32,000 nt of DNA. Source: Archaeoglobus fulgidus DSM 4304. Its GTDB lineage: Archaea > Halobacteriota > Archaeoglobi > Archaeoglobales > Archaeoglobaceae. The stretch spans positions 870,001 through 902,000 of the forward strand of contig NC_000917.1 in the NCBI RefSeq assembly GCF_000008665.1, in the 5' to 3' direction. The notes beneath the pieces were generated by a model. That model had not been told where the DNA came from. It was given only the letters and a program-made list of their open reading frames with translations, and did no database searches. A program made the position numbers and the translations under genes. Shown in pieces: positions 26,303 through 32,000 of this stretch; within the stretch, counting starts at the first letter, position 1, and each line of letters opens with the position of its first letter.

Positions 26303-28192
26303 GTGCTTCGCTCCTGCGCTCAGACTGCCTTCTCCCATCACTCCGGCAACCATTCCTGCGAAGATTCCCTGAAACACGGCAGCATGCATGAATACGTTTC
26401 TGTAGAGTGTGACGTCAACACTCTGGAGCATCTGGAAGTTCTGTCCGGTAGCCTGAACCTTTGCAGCGCTCTCAGCGAGGGTCGAGAGGAAGGTTGATGA
26501 GATGATGTAAACTATTCCAATGAAGACGAAGAAGGCTATGTAAACGATAATCACGTACATGAACATGTTCGTCATCCTCTCCCTTCTGAGCAACTCCGCA
26601 CTCGTCGCATCCTTGGCGGAAATCATCAGAACCTCTGTGACATTTCCCGTGGACTTCAGCGCCTCGTTGAGCAGCGTCATCGTCCTCGAAATCTCAAAAA
26701 TCTTCAGCCTGTTTGCAAACCTCACGAGCGCGTCGGAGAGGCTTATTCCCCAGTCGAGGTCCGCCTTTATCTTCGCGATTTCCTTTCTGAGGGGGCTTGT
26801 GTCGGTTTTGGCAATCATCGTAATTGCGCGGTAGATCGGCATGCCGCTTTCGTTAGCCGAGGCAAGCTTGCTGAGGAATATCGGCGTTAGACGCATGTAG
26901 GTCTTAACACCTCTTCTGCCAAGCTCGTAAAACAGAGCAAACGGGCCAAGAACGACCATCAGAGATATGAAAATGTAGTCGTCGTAGGAGAAGAACCAGT
27001 TCTTCAGGTCCATGCCCGGAATGTAGGGGTTTACCACCAGCCCATAGATCAGAATTACAAGGGCCGCGGGGATTGAGAACGCGAAGGTGTAGAGGGGGTT
27101 CTCCACAATAAGCCTGAAAGGATTCTTCAGCTTTTTCATCAGCTTATATCTGCTAACCTTCTTCTCCAACTTTTTTTTCTCCTCGGAGTCGAGCTCCGAA
27201 GAGCGCCTGACGTAAATATACCTTTCCCTCAGCCTTGGAGCGCTGCCCTCCTCTCCGGGAGTTAGGAGCTTGATGAGCATCGCGAACATGAAGGAGCCGA
27301 TGGGGATGACGAAGTAAATGATTGAGAACATCGCCACTTCGTTGGTCTGCCCCATAACCGACATGACTGTCTGGATGATTATGAGGAAGAGCGGGCCTGC
27401 AACGAATGCCGTAATGTAGGTCTCCGCCATGAGCCCGAGGAATTCGAGAAAGCTTTTCTGGTCCTGCCTCGCCCTCTCAAAGTAGAACTCAGCTCTCTCC
27501 TCAAAGTACCTCGTGATGTCACCACCGCTGTCGATTATTGTTATTAGGCCGTGCAGAAACTCCTTGAAGTTGTCCGAGGGTGTGGTGTCAACAGCCTCAG
27601 CCAGCGCCGTTCTCAAATCCTTGCCCAGCCCCTCTACCTCCCAGAGAATTCTCGAAGCCTCCTTTGAAACCTCTCCATAAACCTCGTGGTTGTCTGCAAG
27701 GGCTTTGAGAATCTGAACCAGGCTCATCCCACCCTTGCTGAGGGAGTACATGAAGATAATCGCATGCGGGAGAATCCTGTTTATTTTGCTCTTTCTGTCG
27801 CTGATGACGGTTGAGGGGTAAATGGCGAAGATCAAGTTTCCGAGGTAATAGAGGGCCAGCGTTATGCCGATGGCCAGAATACCTGCGTAAACAAAGGGTC
27901 TGTAGAACAGCCAGTAGGTCGCGATAGGTTCTGGGAGACGGATGTTGAAGAATGGTGGCACACCAACGTACTTAACGAGTATGAAGGCCGCAATCAATCC
28001 GATAACAGCTCCAATTATTCCAAAAAGGAGAGAGAACATTCTTGCCGTTGCGATGTACATTTCAGGCGGCATAGAAATCATGGCCTTTTTCAAGGACCTC
28101 TCAAGCTCGAAGTACTTCGATTCTTTCTTCATGATATCTTCAGCAAAAAGCCTGTATCCTATGTAAGTAAGCCTGTTCGCCTCCTTAAACAT
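26237..28192 (-). CDS. FlaJ/PilC/TadC-like polytopic membrane protein of an archaeal type IV filament assembly system (two T2SS-F-like repeats)
   Basis: 651 aa. Two repeats, each a cytoplasmic helical domain flanked by TM segments (..ILPHAIIFMYSLSKGGMSLVQILKALA.. and ..SKLASANESGMPIYRAITMIAK..). It starts 1 nt after the stop of the FlaI-like ATPase gene, with a GGAGGGG SD. Confidence 0.8.
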   Translation of the reverse strand: MFKEANRLTYIGYRLFAEDIMKKESKYFELERSLKKAMISMPPEMYIATARMFSLLFGIIGAVIGLIAAFILVKYVGVPPFFNIRLPEPIATYWLFYRPFVYAGILAIGITLALYYLGNLIFAIYPSTVISDRKSKINRILPHAIIFMYSLSKGGMSLVQILKALADNHEVYGEVSKEASRILWEVEGLGKDLRTALAEAVDTTPSDNFKEFLHGLITIIDSGGDITRYFEERAEFYFERARQDQKSFLEFLGLMAETYITAFVAGPLFLIIIQTVMSVMGQTNEVAMFSIIYFVIPIGSFMFAMLIKLLTPGEEGSAPRLRERYIYVRRSSELDSEEKKKLEKKVSRYKLMKKLKNPFRLIVENPLYTFAFSIPAALVILIYGLVVNPYIPGMDLKNWFFSYDDYIFISLMVVLGPFALFYELGRRGVKTYMRLTPIFLSKLASANESGMPIYRAITMIAKTDTSPLRKEIAKIKADLDWGISLSDALVRFANRLKIFEISRTMTLLNEALKSTGNVTEVLMISAKDATSAELLRRERMTNMFMYVIIVYIAFFVFIGIVYIISSTFLSTLAESAAKVQATGQNFQMLQSVDVTLYRNVFMHAAVFQGIFAGMVAGVMGEGSLSAGAKHSLIMLTIAYIVFSVLFGFKLI

Positions 28193-28193
28193 A

Positions 28194-29903
28194 TTACCCC
28201 TCCTTTGAAATGGCTTCCATAATTTTATCCGGCTTGGTCTGGTAGGTGTGAATTATGTTGCTCACCCTCTTGAAATCCCTTACGTTGTGCTCGAGCATAA
28301 ACTCCAGCACTCTCCTCCTCCTCTCAAGCTCCTCGTTCAGCTCCCTCACACTCCACCCTCTCTGCCTCCTTATCTCCTCCAGAGCTTTGGAAGTTCCAAC
28401 CATCGCGTGCTCGTCCTTAACGCTGTCCCACTGGAATACGGTTGAGGTTCTCAGCATCTTTGTGTGCGCATCCAAACCGACAATCTCCGCAATCTCCATG
28501 TTCCTCCTAACTCTCCTGTCCCCAACGTAAGTTTGGGCCTGGATGCTTATAATGTCAAGAGCCTCGAGCATCGGCCTCGGCACTCCTATTGGCGGGTTTT
28601 CAAGCCTGTGTATCGCACCGCTTATGCTGTCAGCGTGCAGTGTTGAGTAGGTTGTGTGGCCTGTAGCCATCGCCTGGAAGAGCGTTAAAGCCTCCCTCCC
28701 TCTAACCTCACCGACTATTATGTATTCAGGCCTCTGCCTCAAAGCCGCTCTCAGCAAATCGTACATGTCAACTGCTCCCTTCTCCCCGTGGAAGGCATCC
28801 CTTGTTACAGCAGGAATCCAGTTCTCGTGGGGGAGCATAAGCTCTCTTGTGTCTTCAATTGTCACTATCTTGGAGCGGCGGGGGATGAAGAGCGAGATGG
28901 CGTTCATCGAAGTGGTTTTACCGCTCGCAGTGCCGCCGGCAAAGATAAGGGACTTCTTGTTCTCGATGCAGAGCCATAGATATGCCATCTGCTCGCTGCT
29001 GAAGGTTTTCCATGCTATTAGGTCGATGGGAGTGACGGGCTCTTCGCGGAACTTTCTTATGGTGAAGGTCGAGCCGTGGTCGGTCACCTCCCTCCCCAAA
29101 GTCATCTGGATTCTGCTGCCGTCGGGCATTGTCGCGTCAACCATTGGCTCTGCGATGCTGATGTGCTTTCCGCACTTCTGGGCGAGGTTGACAACGAAGC
29201 TGTCAAGCTCATCCGGATCGTCGAAGATGACGTTGGTGCGGAGGTTTGTGTAGTTTCTGTGGAAGACATACATGTACTTCCGAACACCATTGCATGAGAT
29301 GTCCTCAAGCATCTTGTCCAGCATTAGCGGAGTTATCTTGTCGTAGTAAAGAAAATCTCTCATGATGTAGTACCATATTTTGTAATAGGAGCGGTCTTCC
29401 AAATCGAACCCCACTTCGCTGATCAAATCGTCAAAGGTTTCCTTGAGAACGACTTCCTTGGCAACCTTCCCATCCTCAAAGAAATTTTCCTCAAGCTTAT
29501 CTTTGAGCAGGACAGAGAGGTGACCGTAAACCTCCGTTTCGTATGGGTCTAATCTCGGTTCGACGACCTGATACCTGTACTCCTGCTCCTCCTCGTTGTA
29601 AATAATAAAAGCCTTGCAGTACGGCTCAAGCAGCCAGTACTCCTCGACGATGCTCCACCCAACTGGCGGAGAGTACTCCACAAGCTCCCCATGCTCTTCA
29701 ACACTGTACTCCTTCCTTTTTGGCAATCCGATGATCTTCTTCTTTTCACGCTTAACTTTGAGGATTTCCTCCTTTTGCTTTACCTCCTCTATCGCCTCCA
29801 GAGCTTCTTTTTCGTAGTCGGCAAGCTGCTCAGCCTCTTCTTCCTCCGACTCCTCCTGCTCTTTTCCCCTGAATTTCAGTTGCCTGAAATTGATTTTTGG
29901 CAT
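28194..29903 (-). CDS. FlaI/PilB/GspE-like type II/IV secretion ATPase (archaeal type IV filament assembly ATPase)
   Basis: Walker A GGTASGKTT (nt 28911-28940), Asp box/Walker B IVTIEDTRE, His box, RQRPEYIIVGEVRG, and the archaeal N-terminal domain pattern YWLLEPYCKAFIIYNEEEQEYRYQVVEP.L. It carries an unusual ~60-aa Glu/Lys-rich N-terminal extension. Confidence 0.85.
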   Translation of the reverse strand: MPKINFRQLKFRGKEQEESEEEEAEQLADYEKEALEAIEEVKQKEEILKVKREKKKIIGLPKRKEYSVEEHGELVEYSPPVGWSIVEEYWLLEPYCKAFIIYNEEEQEYRYQVVEPRLDPYETEVYGHLSVLLKDKLEENFFEDGKVAKEVVLKETFDDLISEVGFDLEDRSYYKIWYYIMRDFLYYDKITPLMLDKMLEDISCNGVRKYMYVFHRNYTNLRTNVIFDDPDELDSFVVNLAQKCGKHISIAEPMVDATMPDGSRIQMTLGREVTDHGSTFTIRKFREEPVTPIDLIAWKTFSSEQMAYLWLCIENKKSLIFAGGTASGKTTSMNAISLFIPRRSKIVTIEDTRELMLPHENWIPAVTRDAFHGEKGAVDMYDLLRAALRQRPEYIIVGEVRGREALTLFQAMATGHTTYSTLHADSISGAIHRLENPPIGVPRPMLEALDIISIQAQTYVGDRRVRRNMEIAEIVGLDAHTKMLRTSTVFQWDSVKDEHAMVGTSKALEEIRRQRGWSVRELNEELERRRRVLEFMLEHNVRDFKRVSNIIHTYQTKPDKIMEAISKEG

Positions 29904-29963
29904 TGTTATGATGTTAACATAAGAAATAATTAAAATTTTCTCCTATTTTTGCAAGCATTCTGG

Positions 29964-31214
29964 CTAACCACCTACCAGCTCGAGTGCCGTTTCCTCAGCC
30001 TTTTCGATTACTTTTTCCTCCTCAACGTTCACAAGAATGCCGTCCTCCATGACGAGAACACCATCAACAACAGCATGAAGCGCCTGATTTTCGACGTAAA
30101 GCATCGCTGCTGGATCGTGCATCGGAGCGTTCCTGCACGTTTTGCTGAAAACAACAATGTCGGCAAGGTATCCCTCCTCGATTCTCCCTCCCTTAAGGTT
30201 GTAGGCCCTGTATCCGCCTTCGGTGGCCATCTCAAGCCAGTGCCCAGGTTTCAGAGTCCTGCCTCTCAGGTTCTGAAGCAAAGCACCCACTCTCGCGTCT
30301 GAAAGCACACTGAGCATGTTGTTGCTCGCAGCGCCATCCGTGCCTATGCCCACGTTTACACCCATCTCAAGAAGCTCAGAAACTTTTGCTATGCCTGACG
30401 AGAGCTTCAGGTTGCTTGTGGGACAGTGTGCGACGCTAACGCCCCTCTCTGCAAGAATTTTCATCTCAGCTTCAGACAGCCAAACCGCGTGAGCCAGAAC
30501 GGTGCTGGAGTCGAGAAAGCCTATTGAGTCCAGGAACTCAACGGGCCTTTTTCCGTACCTCTCCCTAACCTCCTTTACCTCCCACAGAGTTTCAGAGACG
30601 TGTATGTGCTTCAAAAATCCCTTATCCTTCGAAGCGTCGCTGACCACTTTCAAAAACTCCGGGGAGCATGTGTAGGGGGCGTGAGGAGCCAGCATGGTGG
30701 TAACTCTTCCCTCAAAGCCGCCGTTCCACTTCTCCGCAAATTCAAGTCCGATTTCAAGCTCCTTCCTTGCTCTCTCCTCATCACCTCTGTCAGCCATGCC
30801 GTAGCCGAGAACTGCCCTCATTCCCGACTCGCCCACAGCCTCAGCGACTGCATCCATGTGTATGTACATGTCCGCAAATGCGGTTACTCCCGATTTCAGC
30901 ATTTCAACGCACGCGAGCATGGTTCCCCAGTAAACCGCATCCTCATCCAGCCTTGCCTCAACCTCCCAGACCTTCTCAAGCCACTCCCTGAGCGGCAAGC
31001 CCTCGGCATAACCCCTCAGCAAGGTCATGGCAGCATGAGTGTGAGCGTTGAAGCAGCCGGGCATGACGAGGCAGCCAGCAGCGTCAATCTCTATTTCTCC
31101 CCTCTCAACCTCCTTGGCTACATGGGTGATTCTGTTGCCGTCCACACCAACGCTGCACTCGACAAACTCCCCGTTAATGAAACAAAGGCCGTTTCTGATG
31201 ACAAGATCGTGCAT
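29964..31214 (-). CDS. mtaD: Amidohydrolase-superfamily nucleoside deaminase (5-methylthioadenosine/S-adenosylhomocysteine/5'-deoxyadenosine deaminase; formerly annotated TrzA-like)
   Basis: LVMPGCFNAHTHAAMTLLRGYAEGLPLREWL (HxH metal site), HVSET, AHCPTSNLKLSSG, GTDGAASNN: the MtaD/DadD/SsnA-clade pattern. Confidence 0.8.
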   Translation of the reverse strand: MHDLVIRNGLCFINGEFVECSVGVDGNRITHVAKEVERGEIEIDAAGCLVMPGCFNAHTHAAMTLLRGYAEGLPLREWLEKVWEVEARLDEDAVYWGTMLACVEMLKSGVTAFADMYIHMDAVAEAVGESGMRAVLGYGMADRGDEERARKELEIGLEFAEKWNGGFEGRVTTMLAPHAPYTCSPEFLKVVSDASKDKGFLKHIHVSETLWEVKEVRERYGKRPVEFLDSIGFLDSSTVLAHAVWLSEAEMKILAERGVSVAHCPTSNLKLSSGIAKVSELLEMGVNVGIGTDGAASNNMLSVLSDARVGALLQNLRGRTLKPGHWLEMATEGGYRAYNLKGGRIEEGYLADIVVFSKTCRNAPMHDPAAMLYVENQALHAVVDGVLVMEDGILVNVEEEKVIEKAEETALELVGG

Positions 31215-31256
31215 GTAAGGTCCTCAATCTTTAAGATTAATACCTTTCGCGGTAAA

Positions 31257-31265
31257 GCTTAAAAT
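31257..31265 (+). promoter_or_regulatory. TATA-like box for the wHTH regulator gene (leaderless geometry)
   Basis: GCTTAAAAT ends about 21 nt upstream of the ATG at 31286, with no SD. Confidence 0.3.
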
Positions 31266-31285
31266 GCTGAAAATAAACATATTTT

Positions 31286-32000
31286 ATGAATGTTCTCCTC
31301 AGCAGAAAGGACACCATCAGATTCCTCATTCTGTCGGAGCTCATGGTGAATCCCGAATGCAACCAAAGAGATATAGCGAAAAAGCTTGGATTGACCCCTC
31401 AGGCGATTTCGGAGCATTTCAAGGAGATGGTTTCAGAGGGGTTCATCAACGTCGTTCACAAAGGCTACTACGAGGTCACGAGGAAGGGAGAGGAGTGGAT
31501 GTCCAGAAACCTCATCGACCTCCACCTTTTTAGCGAGGAGCTGCTCAAAAAAATTTACTCGAAAACAGTTGTTGCAATCGCCAAGGGAAGAATAGCGGAA
31601 AACGATTCGGTGAGATACTGGTTTGGAGACGGGTACATTTTCGCAGAGAGGAGCGCCAAGGGAAACGGCGTGGCCCTGACTTCTGCTGAAGACGGAGAAG
31701 ACGTCCTGATTAAGCCCACCGGCAGCTTCGAACCACCTGAAAAGGGAGAGATAATCATAGTTAAGGTTCCGGGAGTTGCGGAGGGTGGAAGCAGAAAAGT
31801 TGACCTCGATTCGTTCAGGGAGCTTGTGAAGTCGAGGCCCACGAGCATAGTCGTTGCCATCGGAATAGAGGCGCTCGTTACGTGCAGGAAGATCAGAGTT
31901 GAACCAATCTTCTTTGGAGCGAAGGAAGTCTGCATCGAAGCCGCCCATCACGGGAGTGGAGTTATTGTTGCGTGCACCGAGAGCATGCTGAACGACCTGC
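31286..32000 (+). CDS. Winged-helix (MarR/ArsR-like) transcriptional regulator with an uncharacterised C-terminal domain (partial; runs off the right edge)
   Basis: Missing from the ORF track (no stop within the window). My translation from ATG 31286 is MNVLLSRKDTIRFLILSELMVNPECNQRDIAKKLGLTPQAISEHFKEMVSEGFINVVHKGYYEVTRKGEEWMSRNL..., followed by more than 150 aa of open frame (..VRYWFGDGYIFAERSAKGNGVALTSAEDGEDVLIKP..IVVAIGIEALVTCRK..). The listed ORFs at 31264-31533(+), 31433-31951(-) and 31555-31935(-) are shadows of this frame. Confidence 0.65.
   Translation, partial: MNVLLSRKDTIRFLILSELMVNPECNQRDIAKKLGLTPQAISEHFKEMVSEGFINVVHKGYYEVTRKGEEWMSRNLIDLHLFSEELLKKIYSKTVVAIAKGRIAENDSVRYWFGDGYIFAERSAKGNGVALTSAEDGEDVLIKPTGSFEPPEKGEIIIVKVPGVAEGGSRKVDLDSFRELVKSRPTSIVVAIGIEALVTCRKIRVEPIFFGAKEVCIEAAHHGSGVIVACTESMLNDL

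Noticed and set aside
28248-29933. + strand ORFs (up to 199 aa) antisense to the FlaI-like ATPase. Similarly, 30600-31262 (+, 220 aa) lies antisense to the deaminase.
   Set aside because: These are shadow ORFs opposite strongly supported genes. No motifs.
31264-31951. Track ORFs 31264-31533 (+, 89 aa), 31433-31951 (-, 172 aa) and 31555-31935 (-, 126 aa).
   Set aside because: They are off-frame or antisense shadows of the real, edge-truncated wHTH regulator frame that starts at 31286.

Overview
The window is densely coding (about 93%), has moderate GC, and looks archaeal. RadA, FlaI/FlaJ-type secretion genes, Amt-GlnK, TATA boxes about 25-30 bp upstream of start codons, and GGAGGTGA-type Shine-Dalgarno (SD) sites at operon-internal genes all point that way. 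From memory, the gene order and the 391-aa Amt resemble Archaeoglobus fulgidus; I cannot verify that here.

Gene content, left to right:
(1) A divergent ActP-like Na+/solute symporter (cut by the window edge) with a small accessory membrane protein.
(2) A + strand block, 922-9725: a cNMP/CBS-sensor DUF294-type nucleotidyltransferase translationally coupled to a DEDDh exonuclease, two tandem family-III CoA-transferases, an AMP-forming acetyl-CoA synthetase and a second acyl-CoA ligase.
(3) amt-glnK.
(4) A convergent ProU/OpuC-type compatible-solute ABC operon (proX-proV-proW-proW).
(5) A decayed PAS/histidine-kinase remnant.
(6) usp, then hisA-hisB fused into an operon with a CcmAB-like ABC-2 exporter.
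(7) A TAXI-TRAP transporter convergent with a gcdH plus family-III CoA-transferase pair (a glutarate-type module).
(8) A secreted acidic helical protein.
(9) radA, and a divergent HD hydrolase.
(10) An orphan FlaI/FlaJ-like (PilB/PilC-like) pair downstream of an MtaD-type deaminase.
(11) A wHTH regulator that runs off the right edge and is missing from the ORF track.

I found no rRNA, tRNA, CRISPR array, IS element or transposase. The most interesting item is the uncharacterised sensor-nucleotidyltransferase/exonuclease pair embedded in an acetate/acyl-CoA island. Second is a heteromeric-looking CoA-transferase pair in which one paralog has lost the catalytic Asp.
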